Positions 8,531-18,088 of a stretch of DNA of 28,052 nt are shown here, in pieces; position 1 is the first letter of the stretch, and the number at the start of each line of letters is the position of its first letter. The notes under the pieces were generated by a model. That model saw nothing but the letters and a program-made list of their open reading frames with translations. It did not search any database and had not been told where the DNA came from. Position numbers and translations under genes: made by a program. The DNA is taken from positions 1-28,052 of the IMG/VR virus record IMGVR_UViG_3300005573_000242. One strand, written 5' to 3'. The DNA is from a virus. Its lineage: Duplodnaviria > Caudoviricetes.

Positions 8531-9195
8531 TATTTGCTGATATAAGAGAACCTCAAAACATGATAGATTTGTATCGAGAAATAGCCCAAAAAATAGAACA
8601 AGAGATAACTATCAAACCCTTAGATGTTTCTGATATTTGTGTTGAGAACAAAATAGGAATAGAAAGAAAAACACCATCTGATTTCATCGCTTCAATAAAA
8701 GATGATAGATTGTTCAAGCAAGCAATAGAACTTAAAATGAACTTTGAAACACCTATCATCCTGATAGAAGGCAATTTATTTACTCTCTTCCAGAAGAATA
8801 TCGCAGGTCAAATGAACCCCGGCGCTATAATGGGAGCGATTTCCAGTCTTATTGTGAAATATGGAGTAAATGTTTTATTCGTTCCAAATAATTTGAAGTG
8901 GGTCCTTTCTACATTGTTAAAAAAAGCCACAGAAGCTGATACACATCTTGAAGAATACACTCCTCTAAGAAACAAACCTAAATCAAATGATTTTGCGTTA
9001 AATGTATTAATGTCTTTCCCGCATGTAGGACAAAAAACAGCCACACGCATTTTGGAAGAATATAAAACCCTTGAAAACGCTTTGAAAAACCATGAAAAAT
9101 GGTTCAAAAATCAAAGGTATAAGGAAGAAATAAAAACAATTATGAAAACGCATTATCAAGATAATTTTCAGGAGAAAATTATACGATTTACTTAG
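8527..9195 (+). CDS. XPF/ERCC4-family structure-specific nuclease with HhH domain
   Basis: 'ADIRE', 'SDI...IGIERKTPSDFIASIKDDRLFKQ', 'LIEG'; HhH 'FPHVGQKTA'. Confidence 0.9.
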   Translation: MIFADIREPQNMIDLYREIAQKIEQEITIKPLDVSDICVENKIGIERKTPSDFIASIKDDRLFKQAIELKMNFETPIILIEGNLFTLFQKNIAGQMNPGAIMGAISSLIVKYGVNVLFVPNNLKWVLSTLLKKATEADTHLEEYTPLRNKPKSNDFALNVLMSFPHVGQKTATRILEEYKTLENALKNHEKWFKNQRYKEEIKTIMKTHYQDNFQEKIIRFT

Positions 9196-9433
9196 TGTTC
9201 TTTTTTTCAAGTAAATACTGCTCAAAAAGATGGTCTGCAATTCTATTCGCAAAAGAAACTGTTATTTTTTCAAAAAAAGTTGAAGTTAAAAGACCTATGC
9301 CCGCTAAAACAGAAATACTATCTACAACAACCACAACATAAGTAATATTCCCATCTCTGATAAATTCTATCACATGCAACCCCACAATTCCCAAAATAGC
9401 ACATACCCCCCCAATTGCAGTTTGTGTGTTCAT
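9188..9433 (-). CDS. small two-TM membrane protein (holin-like candidate)
   Basis: Two hydrophobic stretches and a basic C-terminus; GAGGTGGTGA RBS; last gene of the late arm. Confidence 0.55.
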   Translation of the reverse strand: MNTQTAIGGVCAILGIVGLHVIEFIRDGNITYVVVVVDSISVLAGIGLLTSTFFEKITVSFANRIADHLFEQYLLEKKNTK

Positions 9434-9490
9434 ATCACCACCTCTTTATACCTTTTTGTTTTTTTATGTTTATTAATTTTTACAGGAAAC

Positions 9491-10747
9491 TTATATAAAC
9501 ATCTCTAAATGGTCTAATTTCAAAACAGATACTCTTTCTTTTCTCTGTCGCAAACTCCAAGAAGCCAACCCCAAAGACATTACACAATCATCTGTTTGGT
9601 TCTTATCATTCCATTCATACCATTCTAATTCTTTTATAAGTTGAGCAAACTTAGAAGGTATCATTATCTTTCTATGTTGTGTTAATACCTGAAGATGAGT
9701 TATTAAATCTGTTTTTGTTTTCTCCGTGAATATAAAAGGTTCTACAGGCAAATCTGAAACAAACTCAAGTATGGGGTCTCCTATACCCGTAGCATCAATA
9801 ATAATTTTAATTGGTTGCCATTCTTTATATAATTCCTCTAAGTATGTTATTTGGGTTTTCCAATTCGCTTGTGTTCTATATAAGAAAACAACCTTTGCTG
9901 GCTCTTCAGTTATATCAAGTATTGTTATTACTGTCCAATCATGCTTTCTCGCTAAATCCACGCCAAACACATATACATGATTTTCTTCTCTCTTATACTC
10001 TATATCTTCTTCTATAACTACATTTTTCAAATCAAAAGGATTGTCTTCAAGAAAAACAAACTCACCCAAACATTCTATCTTGAATAGTTTTTCAGGTAAG
10101 TTCCTTCGTTCTTCTTCTATTCGTTCAGAAGGTATCCAATCGCATTCTTCTAAGGTTGATGAAACTTTTTCATAATCTGGACTGTTCCACAACTCATAGA
10201 AAAGAGGCTTTTCTCCTTTTTCTATTTGTTTTGGTGTGGATACAATAATCTCTCTTGAAGGAGGAACAAGCCCACGCCCCATAGGCTTCAGAGTTTCAAG
10301 AAAGAAAGTAGGGTTTATTCTTGACATCTCATCTACAAACTTTATGTTAGGATGATACCCTACTCGTGTTTCTGCGGACTGTGGGATTGCTAAAACCCTT
10401 GACCCATTATTTAGATTTATCTCCATCTGTGTTTGAGGCTCTACAAACATTGAACTATATCCGTTCTGAACTAAGAAATTTCTTATTCTTCTGATATGCT
10501 CACTTGCTACATCTGCTCCGACTGTTGCAATTATCCCAAATTTATCTTTGTTGTGAAGTATATAATCCGTTGCCATTAAATCAAGCCATGTAGATTTACG
10601 CCCCCCTCGTGGTGTTTTTACTATCATGTGCTTCTGAGAATGCAGAAAAATATCAGTTGCCCTAACCTGCCATGAACGAAGTTCATAATTGTATAATCGT
10701 TTAAACCGTTCCTTGATTAAGTATTCTTCAAACGCTTTCTGTTGCAT
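9491..10747 (-). CDS. terL: terminase large subunit
   Basis: Q-motif 'LRSWQ'; Walker A 'PRGGRKS'; Walker B 'FVDE'; 'VSTP' coupling motif; RNase H-like nuclease 'GVDLARKHDWT', 'IDATGIG', 'DDCVMSL'. Confidence 0.93.
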   Translation of the reverse strand: MQQKAFEEYLIKERFKRLYNYELRSWQVRATDIFLHSQKHMIVKTPRGGRKSTWLDLMATDYILHNKDKFGIIATVGADVASEHIRRIRNFLVQNGYSSMFVEPQTQMEINLNNGSRVLAIPQSAETRVGYHPNIKFVDEMSRINPTFFLETLKPMGRGLVPPSREIIVSTPKQIEKGEKPLFYELWNSPDYEKVSSTLEECDWIPSERIEEERRNLPEKLFKIECLGEFVFLEDNPFDLKNVVIEEDIEYKREENHVYVFGVDLARKHDWTVITILDITEEPAKVVFLYRTQANWKTQITYLEELYKEWQPIKIIIDATGIGDPILEFVSDLPVEPFIFTEKTKTDLITHLQVLTQHRKIMIPSKFAQLIKELEWYEWNDKNQTDDCVMSLGLASWSLRQRKERVSVLKLDHLEMFI

Positions 10748-11336
10748 TGTTATCTCGTTCCTCTGAAACTAAATTCTCAAGTATGCTAAGATATTTATCC
10801 CTATCTGTTTCAGGTATCTTTGAAAGCAATTCAAGAACTATGCCTCTCAAGACATCCACAGTATTACTCATCTTAAGCAAAGCCTGAACCTGTGCATGGT
10901 TCATCGTTTCATCTCTCTTGGTCTTCTTCATCGATTGTATAGACAGAACTAACAGATTAAGTAATTCCCTGTAATGTATTCGTGCTTCTTTGATAAGAAC
11001 TAATATTTCTTTGCTCTCTCTGTTGTTGTCTATTAAATACTCATATCGCTTTATCTGGAATAGAGTTTCTGCTAATTCCTCAAGGATATGGTCGTGCATG
11101 TCTTCATCATAGCAATCCGAAAACTTCTCTTTGTATTTCTCTTTTAATTTCTTAAAAAAACTATCCTTATCCCATGAAAACACATTCCCTTCTGATGTAT
11201 TTTCCCGCATTTCTAAAGGGGTTTCCTGAGCGTTTGGAAGTGTTATAGGGGTTGGATTAAGGGTTTGGATTTCTCTTTCCATTTTTTGTGGTTTCTTGTG
11301 TTTCTTGTAAGGGTTTGCTTGAAAGTAATACACCAT
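10728..11336 (-). CDS. probable terminase small subunit
   Basis: Helical, 202 aa, immediately upstream of and overlapping terL; GAGGTGA RBS. Position-based call. Confidence 0.5.
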   Translation of the reverse strand: MVYYFQANPYKKHKKPQKMEREIQTLNPTPITLPNAQETPLEMRENTSEGNVFSWDKDSFFKKLKEKYKEKFSDCYDEDMHDHILEELAETLFQIKRYEYLIDNNRESKEILVLIKEARIHYRELLNLLVLSIQSMKKTKRDETMNHAQVQALLKMSNTVDVLRGIVLELLSKIPETDRDKYLSILENLVSEERDNNATESV

Positions 11337-11493
11337 GCTCTTTCACCTCTTTGAAGCCTTTTCTCAAATCATGTTTAAACTCTATTTTTTCAAGTTGTTT
11401 TTTATTCTTTCGTAAATCTTTTACATACTTAGTCATTGAAGCATCGTAATATTCTGGATGTCGCTTTAACCATTGTTTTAAATTCAATCCCAT
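11257..11493 (-). CDS. small basic hypothetical protein
   Basis: GGAGGT upstream; Lys-rich; lies between the adhesin and terS candidates. Confidence 0.5.
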   Translation of the reverse strand: MGLNLKQWLKRHPEYYDASMTKYVKDLRKNKKQLEKIEFKHDLRKGFKEVKEHGVLLSSKPLQETQETTKNGKRNPNP

Positions 11494-13472
11494 ACCTCCC
11501 ATAAATCTTCATATTTACCCATATCTATCCAATACCTGCTATCTATAATCTCATAATCTAAAGGAGCATCCCCTCCTCCAACATGCAACTGTCCTTGATA
11601 ATCCCCTCCTGTTAGTCTTTGTCCATTATTATTTACACTCAAAACATATATATCAATTCCTGTCGTTATCCCCCATCTTGTATTTTCATCAGGTCCTATA
11701 GTTATTGATTTTAGTCCAACATTATCCACATTAAATATAAAAAGTGTATCATTATTATTTCTCTCTATTATTAAATTCAAGCCTTCATTCAAATTCTTAG
11801 AAGAATATAAAGGATATATTATAGGAGTTTGCCAGTTCAATTCCATTCCATATACATAATACTCTTTGGTTGAGGGTTTGTAGTTTATCACAAATCCACT
11901 ACTTCCTGAGAAGATGATTTTATCTGCTGTAAGTGGAGATTCACAGAGTTCAAACCCTCCTGTAAATGTAAAACCACTGTATCCATTAACCCAACTCAAA
12001 TCGCTAAAATCCCGTGAATACCCATCGTTTTGATAAACTGCAGAATTATTTAAGATTAAATCATCATTGTTCAATAATATATGAGCATTTCGCCGTCTAT
12101 AATTCCCTGCTGAATGAGTATAATTCCCATTAAGATACCAATTCCCCTTACCCATCAAATAGAAATTCCCACCATTTAAAGTTATAGACTTCGTGTATAA
12201 GTCTATATTGTATGTTGTATCTGTTCCACAATCTATTTTCATGTCTGAACCTATAGTTTGGTCTTTATTAAGATTGCAAGTTATATTTTCTGATGGCGTG
12301 AAATATATGTTAAAGGCGTGTCCTGTTCCCGTTCCATTTGTATAGAAATAATCAACAGTTGTATTCTTTTTTAAATACACATTTGTTATTACATTTTGTC
12401 CTGAAACTTGGTAAGTAAGAAGATAACAAGAATTAGTTCCAACTTCTTTTGTAATTGAAAGCGTATCATCAAAATAAACATTAACTATTCTTCCGTTGTT
12501 TGCGTAGTTCTCTATTTGGAAAAAATTATTCTTCACAACAACAGGCTTCATAAAATGTATAGTCTGATTTAAATACCCTGTCCATCCCGTTCCTGTGGCT
12601 GATATGTAATATCGTGAATCTAAATCTAAGGCTATGTCAAAATAAATCGTTGCACCACTATTATAATGTGAAACAACAAACCTACTATACATTTGACATT
12701 TTATCTTCTTCTTTTCATCTGAATACCCTGTGATATTAACAGTGTTTGTCCCCGCACCATCACAGTTTATACTAAAAACACCAAATTTCATATTTACATT
12801 CTCTATATAATGTGTTAAACGGTTCGAATTAATTACCATAGTTAAACTAAAATTTATATTACCTATACTAAGTTCATTGTTTATACTTGATGAAAGTATA
12901 TTTCCATAAAAATATATCAGAGTTCCAGAACCTAATGATGTTGTGCATGTGAAATTTGCATTAATTGTAATATGATTGAGATACATATTAGCTATAGAAA
13001 AATTCCATGTGATAGGATTTACGATAAATACAGTTCCTGTTGCTATGCCATTAAGTCCTTCTGTGTTCTGGAAAGTTCCCCCTGCTATATTAACATTTGC
13101 AAAACAATACCAATCTAAATACATTAGATTATAAGTTCCACCATTAAAACTCAACACACCGTTTTGATAAAGAGAACCCCCACCACCAGCTACTCCTTTA
13201 AACAACGCACAGTTTGTTATCGTAAATGTGCCATTACAAGTAAAATTATCTGCAATTATAAAAGTGCAATACTGATTATTAATAGAAACTGAATTCACAG
13301 AGTATTCCCCATTCACTGTTAGAGTAAATGCAGACCCCCCTGAATTCACATCTATTACTGTATCATCTGAAGAAGAAGGAACACCAGCCCCCCCTGAACC
13401 CCCTGAACTCAAACTCCAATGAGCACTATCGCTCCAATTCCCAGTTCCCCCAACCCAATAATATGTTGTCAT
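11484..13472 (-). CDS. tail fibre/adhesin, beta-helix-like receptor-binding protein
   Basis: N-terminal 'YYWVGGTGNWSDSAHWSLSSGG..GAGVP..DD' adhesin-type motif; N/G/T/I-rich beta-repeats; distal end of the tail module. Confidence 0.7.
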   Translation of the reverse strand: MTTYYWVGGTGNWSDSAHWSLSSGGSGGAGVPSSSDDTVIDVNSGGSAFTLTVNGEYSVNSVSINNQYCTFIIADNFTCNGTFTITNCALFKGVAGGGGSLYQNGVLSFNGGTYNLMYLDWYCFANVNIAGGTFQNTEGLNGIATGTVFIVNPITWNFSIANMYLNHITINANFTCTTSLGSGTLIYFYGNILSSSINNELSIGNINFSLTMVINSNRLTHYIENVNMKFGVFSINCDGAGTNTVNITGYSDEKKKIKCQMYSRFVVSHYNSGATIYFDIALDLDSRYYISATGTGWTGYLNQTIHFMKPVVVKNNFFQIENYANNGRIVNVYFDDTLSITKEVGTNSCYLLTYQVSGQNVITNVYLKKNTTVDYFYTNGTGTGHAFNIYFTPSENITCNLNKDQTIGSDMKIDCGTDTTYNIDLYTKSITLNGGNFYLMGKGNWYLNGNYTHSAGNYRRRNAHILLNNDDLILNNSAVYQNDGYSRDFSDLSWVNGYSGFTFTGGFELCESPLTADKIIFSGSSGFVINYKPSTKEYYVYGMELNWQTPIIYPLYSSKNLNEGLNLIIERNNNDTLFIFNVDNVGLKSITIGPDENTRWGITTGIDIYVLSVNNNGQRLTGGDYQGQLHVGGGDAPLDYEIIDSRYWIDMGKYEDLWEVWD

Positions 13473-13490
13473 CGCTTCTTCACCTCTTTA

Positions 13491-15407
13491 TCATAAAAAC
13501 CTTTGCATATCATCTATTTGTTGTTTCATCATATATAAATCTGTTGTTGTATCAGCAGTATATGGTGTTAACTGCAGATAAAACAAACATTCAGGAAACC
13601 TGAACTCAACGGTTCTTATTATAAACTCTTGTTCTGTTATGTTGTTCGTAGCATCTGTTATCTTTATCTTTCTGTTCGGATAAAGTGTTGAAAGATAATC
13701 TTTACTTCGTTTTAAGCAAACTTCACCGTTTGTTATACGATCAGGATTGCTAAATGTATTTATTATTCGTTCATTCATCACACGAACAGTATCCTCAGAT
13801 ACTACATCTATATACTTCAAAGTTCTGTTTATCTTACCATATTTCTGGATAATCTCATCACTCGCTGTCGTTTCTAATTCTTTTCTTACCATATTTGTAT
13901 AAATAACTAAACATAAATCTTGTCTATTATTCCCTGTCCAACTTCCATTTACTCGTTGTTCACAGTGATAATCTGTCCCACCATATCCACCACCATCTTC
14001 TTCATGAACTCCCACTTTAAAATACTTATTGCTTGAATAGTTGCCTACAAACCATAAAACAATATATATATCCGTTGCATTGGATGGAACTGACATACAC
14101 CCTCTGTTATATGAAGGAACAAAATAAATTTCATCCCAAATTATCGCCCCATTATTCCAATCTTTGTATAATCTTCTCCCCTCAAAAACATCAAAACCAT
14201 AAGTGTATTGGGTTGAATTTAAAGTATATACTAATTGCAATTCAATAGTGCCTACAGGGAAAGTATTATCATTTGAAATAACTTGTATATCTTTTAATAA
14301 AATCGCTGATATTGTCTTCCCTCGAATATCCGTTTCTCTTATTTTTTGCCTAACACTACCCCATTCGCTATTATCTGCAGAATTTATCCACCCAACATTA
14401 AACTCCAATGAAGGTTCTGTTGCTACCACTATTTTTGAATTAGTATCTTCATCACTACCAACATATATTGTATTTAGACTGGTTAAAAATAAACTTTTAT
14501 TCTGCTCCCATTTTATCGGTTTTAGTATATTCTTATTAGCCCCCCCATAATCAAACACAGTAGAACTACTAATAACATACTCCTTGCCTGTTTTTTCCAT
14601 ACGTGGTTGAGAATAATAACCTTCATCATAAGGTGTTGGAAAACAAACATATCCCGAATAAGGATATAATCTATACCCCATTTTATTTATCCAATCATCT
14701 ACCAATGAATAAAGCGTCTTATCACGAACATGCATTCGTGAAGGTATCCATCCAGAAGATGAGGTTGTTGTTCGTTCTGCCGAATAAAACTCTTTTAAAG
14801 CCACGCCTTTATATGTATCTAAACTATAATGTTCACTATTTACTTCAACATCTATAGTATTAGGAAATATATTACCTTCTATTGACATAGCCAATATATA
14901 TTTTATCGCATTATCTAAATCAATTGTTCTCCAATATCTTGTCGTTAAATCTATGGTAAGTATCCATTCCTTTGCTTCAAATATTGTATTTTTCGTTCTA
15001 TAATATGTTTCATCTTCAACTGTAACTTCCCAAATGTATTTATCTTTCTTCTTAATCTCTGAAATCCTACCAACAACAGCCCATCTATGTTCTATATTAT
15101 TTACATACTTCTGTGTAATAATAAAAACCATTCCTTGTCCGATATGTAGATAGTTACTTAAACCTGAAATCTCATCATTCGCTTTGTCTAATCCTATAAG
15201 TGTTAATTTCATTCCCGAAAAATACGGGAATACAGAACACATCGCACTTACAGAACCAACATAATTTCTTTCTTGTCCATTGTAAGTATGTTTTGTTAAA
15301 TCAAACCATCTGCCATACTGTGAATTAGCAGGGTCGTTATAGTTTAGTAAAACCTGTATATTCCATGTGTAATCTGAACCTTCAGGTAATTTAACCGTAT
15401 ATGTCAT
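13491..15407 (-). CDS. tail tip / baseplate hub protein with an inserted beta-sandwich domain
   Basis: Follows the Dit-like gene; 'SDEIIQKYG' and the C-terminal OB-like 'KIKITD...FIIRTVEF' are typical of hub (gp27/Tal-like) proteins. Confidence 0.65.
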   Translation of the reverse strand: MTYTVKLPEGSDYTWNIQVLLNYNDPANSQYGRWFDLTKHTYNGQERNYVGSVSAMCSVFPYFSGMKLTLIGLDKANDEISGLSNYLHIGQGMVFIITQKYVNNIEHRWAVVGRISEIKKKDKYIWEVTVEDETYYRTKNTIFEAKEWILTIDLTTRYWRTIDLDNAIKYILAMSIEGNIFPNTIDVEVNSEHYSLDTYKGVALKEFYSAERTTTSSSGWIPSRMHVRDKTLYSLVDDWINKMGYRLYPYSGYVCFPTPYDEGYYSQPRMEKTGKEYVISSSTVFDYGGANKNILKPIKWEQNKSLFLTSLNTIYVGSDEDTNSKIVVATEPSLEFNVGWINSADNSEWGSVRQKIRETDIRGKTISAILLKDIQVISNDNTFPVGTIELQLVYTLNSTQYTYGFDVFEGRRLYKDWNNGAIIWDEIYFVPSYNRGCMSVPSNATDIYIVLWFVGNYSSNKYFKVGVHEEDGGGYGGTDYHCEQRVNGSWTGNNRQDLCLVIYTNMVRKELETTASDEIIQKYGKINRTLKYIDVVSEDTVRVMNERIINTFSNPDRITNGEVCLKRSKDYLSTLYPNRKIKITDATNNITEQEFIIRTVEFRFPECLFYLQLTPYTADTTTDLYMMKQQIDDMQRFL

Positions 15408-15812
15408 TTAAAACACACTCGACTCAGTTAACATTATATTATACCTCAATCTTAAAGGAACACCAGCCGTATAATCTATATGAACACTCATCACAGCACA
15501 ATTAATCGTTTCATTGAGTAAGTCTAAATGAAGAGAAGTAGGTCCCTTTGAAGATTGACTACCACAACAAAAAGCCTGTAGATTATTTGCGAATGTTGTT
15601 AAATCATCTAAAGAACTACCCACATATTCCCCATCTATTCCTATTGTTCGTATGCTTCCGCCTAATTCTGTAGATATTACCCCATCACTATCTGAAAAAG
15701 GCATCGGCATAACTACCACCGACCCTGTTTTATCTATACTTAATGTTTGAATACAAGTAAGTTCTATCGCTATTCCATTATTAATATCACTTCTTTGGAT
15801 AGTGTTTGCCAT
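15408..15812 (-). CDS. distal tail (Dit-like) / tail tube initiator protein
   Basis: Directly after the tape measure; 'LGGSIRTIGIDG' tube-fold-like motif; 134 aa. Confidence 0.55.
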   Translation of the reverse strand: MANTIQRSDINNGIAIELTCIQTLSIDKTGSVVVMPMPFSDSDGVISTELGGSIRTIGIDGEYVGSSLDDLTTFANNLQAFCCGSQSSKGPTSLHLDLLNETINCAVMSVHIDYTAGVPLRLRYNIMLTESSVF

Positions 15813-16637
15813 TTATCCAAATCCCCCCATAGATGTAAACCACTGAATCGCTGTCTCTGCTCCTTTTTGTATCCCTCTGGTTGGAAGAATTGCACCAAAT
15901 CCTTGACCAAATCCACTTCCCAGATTCTTAAAGAAATCATATATCGCTTTCAATATATCCCATATCCCTTTTAGTATATCTATTACACCATCAAACATAC
16001 TCTTTAGAACATCTCCTAACGCCACCGCTATTGAATATGCTAACCCCGCAGCCCATTCAAGTATTTTTTCAGCAAAAAGATATATCATTGCTTTTATAGA
16101 TTCTATTAACTGCCTGTATTGTTCCAATGCTTGAAAAGGATTCCTAAAAAACAAATACATAAGGTCAAATAACTTAAACCATGAATGAAGGGCTTTTATC
16201 ATTAAAAACAACCACGGTCTAAGTAAGAAGGCTAACAAATCCCCAAACGGCTTAAAAAACAGCATGAAAACCGTTCCAAACATATCTACTACTTGCTGTA
16301 GAGCAGGGCTTGCTTTGCTTAAGAAGTCTATCCCTTTTTTTATAGCAAGTATCGCTCCCATAATAATCGCTAAATACCCTGAAGCCTTACCCATCTTTCC
16401 TAAAGCCCCTTCTAACTGACCAGAAATCTTTGTAAACTCTCCTCCCTTTTTCCCAAGAACTTTTGTTAAATCCCCTATTGAAATCCCACCTCCACCAGCC
16501 CCTCCTTTACCTACAGGTGTTGCTATTACAGTAGGTTTGCCTGAAATCGTCGTGGCTGTCTGAACTTTTTTTTGAAAGTCCTTAAGATTATCAGCAATTA
16601 ACTTGACTTTAGCCACGATACTAAATTCGCTGTCCAT
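15813..16637 (-). CDS. tape measure protein (short)
   Basis: Follows the tail chaperone; G/A-rich amphipathic helices, hydrophobic segments and W/F-periodic repeats ('GVIDILKGIWDILKAIYDFFKNL'). Confidence 0.75.
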   Translation of the reverse strand: MDSEFSIVAKVKLIADNLKDFQKKVQTATTISGKPTVIATPVGKGGAGGGGISIGDLTKVLGKKGGEFTKISGQLEGALGKMGKASGYLAIIMGAILAIKKGIDFLSKASPALQQVVDMFGTVFMLFFKPFGDLLAFLLRPWLFLMIKALHSWFKLFDLMYLFFRNPFQALEQYRQLIESIKAMIYLFAEKILEWAAGLAYSIAVALGDVLKSMFDGVIDILKGIWDILKAIYDFFKNLGSGFGQGFGAILPTRGIQKGAETAIQWFTSMGGFG

Positions 16638-17120
16638 AGTTTTTCATTTCCTCCCCATAGGATTTCAATAGTTCAGCAAAGATTATCACATCTTTATAAG
16701 TTAGTTTATCAAACTCCGAAGGTTGCATTCCCAATTCTTTCATAAACAGAAACTTTATAGTGTATTCTACTACTTCTGGGTCTGTGTTTGTGCTAAACTT
16801 CCAAACATTCCTATATTTTTGTCTAAGTTTGTTTTTTTTAAACTATCTGTCATTTCAAAAAGTTCATTGAAATTACTTATCTCGTTGAGCAAAGCATATC
16901 CCACATCCACAGGAAGATTGTCTATATGTTCAGGAGTTATTAAAAAAGGTGCTTGTTTAAGCCCAAATAGAATTATCTTTTTGAAAAGTTCATCTGCTCT
17001 CGGATGTTCTGGTGTATTCCCCATACCTACATTTATAATCTGATTCATCTGTCCGAAAGTAAACTTCTTTATCACAAACTTCTGTCCATTTATCTCTATC
17101 TCTTTTTCATTCTCTACCAT
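16621..17120 (-). CDS. tail assembly chaperone GT product via a -1 ribosomal frameshift (~166 aa)
   Basis: Slippery T TTA AAA AAA AC at 16831-16842; the -1 frame is open from there to TAG at 16621-16623 (...KFLFMKELGMQPSEFDKLTYKDVIIFAELL...). Confidence 0.8.
16770..17120 (-). CDS. tail assembly chaperone (G-like)
   Basis: Between tail tube and tape measure; 116 aa; GGAGGG RBS. Confidence 0.8.
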   Translation of the reverse strand: MVENEKEIEINGQKFVIKKFTFGQMNQIINVGMGNTPEHPRADELFKKIILFGLKQAPFLITPEHIDNLPVDVGYALLNEISNFNELFEMTDSLKKTNLDKNIGMFGSLAQTQTQK

Positions 17121-17134
17121 ATTCTATCCCTCCA

Positions 17135-18088
17135 TCACGCTGGTTCTGCTGTTCCTCTATTCACATGAACACCCATTTTATCAGCAAGATAATCTAAATC
17201 TTCTACCATAACTTCAGTTGGGTTCTCAGGTGCTCCTCTTGTATTCAAATATAAAGACCCTGATACATTATTCCCTTCACTATTAAAAGTTGCACCTACT
17301 ACTATACTATATTCATCGGGATAACTTCCTGAAATCCATTCCGCCTTAAGAACCCCTAAATTATTCAATGAAATCTCTGGTGAATTTGCATTTGTAGAAC
17401 CATATAATTTCTTTAAAAATGCATTATCTACAACAATCCCTGATAAAGCCCCCGTTACTGCAAGATTTTTCTCAACTATATATACAGGTGTTCTTGACCC
17501 CAAATTTGTTTTTTTCTCTAAATTATTATTTACAGTAATTTCCCAATTTGTAAATCTGGTTTGACTTTCACTATCTATATAAAAAGTCATAGCATTACAA
17601 ACATAAAGAGGATAAGGGTCTGTATATATAGTTGGCTGTCCTGATGTAGTTATACTGTCTGTTTTTCCTAAAATTTCAAGTTTAACTTTCACAGGCTCGT
17701 TAGCAGACAAAGAAAATGTTGCACTATTCACTTTACAATTAGTATAAGTTATTTCCTGATACACCTGAGAGTTATATGTGAGTATATTAAAAGAAGGTAT
17801 AGATGATGCAGGATAATACACTATCGGTTGTTCCTGAATATCACTATACCCTCCTAAAAGCAACCTAACCCACCATGGATTTGTTAATAGAAATTCTATG
17901 CTTAAACTAACTTCATACTCCTTAGCCACAAACGCTGAAGCAAGCCTATCCCCTAAACCCCAGATAAACTCACCATTGTTTCCTCTAGATACTGATGTAA
18001 GAACAGCCCCCTTCCCAAACGGTTTCCAATTTGTCTGTGTGCTTTCTTTCCATCCAATTATTGTTGTCGCTCCCGTTCCTGCACTCAT
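17135..18088 (-). CDS. major tail tube protein
   Basis: 317 aa, beta-rich; 'YTNCKVNSATFS', 'EITVNNNL' and 'VTGALS' are tube-protein-like; canonical position before chaperone and tape measure. Confidence 0.8.
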   Translation of the reverse strand: MSAGTGATTIIGWKESTQTNWKPFGKGAVLTSVSRGNNGEFIWGLGDRLASAFVAKEYEVSLSIEFLLTNPWWVRLLLGGYSDIQEQPIVYYPASSIPSFNILTYNSQVYQEITYTNCKVNSATFSLSANEPVKVKLEILGKTDSITTSGQPTIYTDPYPLYVCNAMTFYIDSESQTRFTNWEITVNNNLEKKTNLGSRTPVYIVEKNLAVTGALSGIVVDNAFLKKLYGSTNANSPEISLNNLGVLKAEWISGSYPDEYSIVVGATFNSEGNNVSGSLYLNTRGAPENPTEVMVEDLDYLADKMGVHVNRGTAEPA

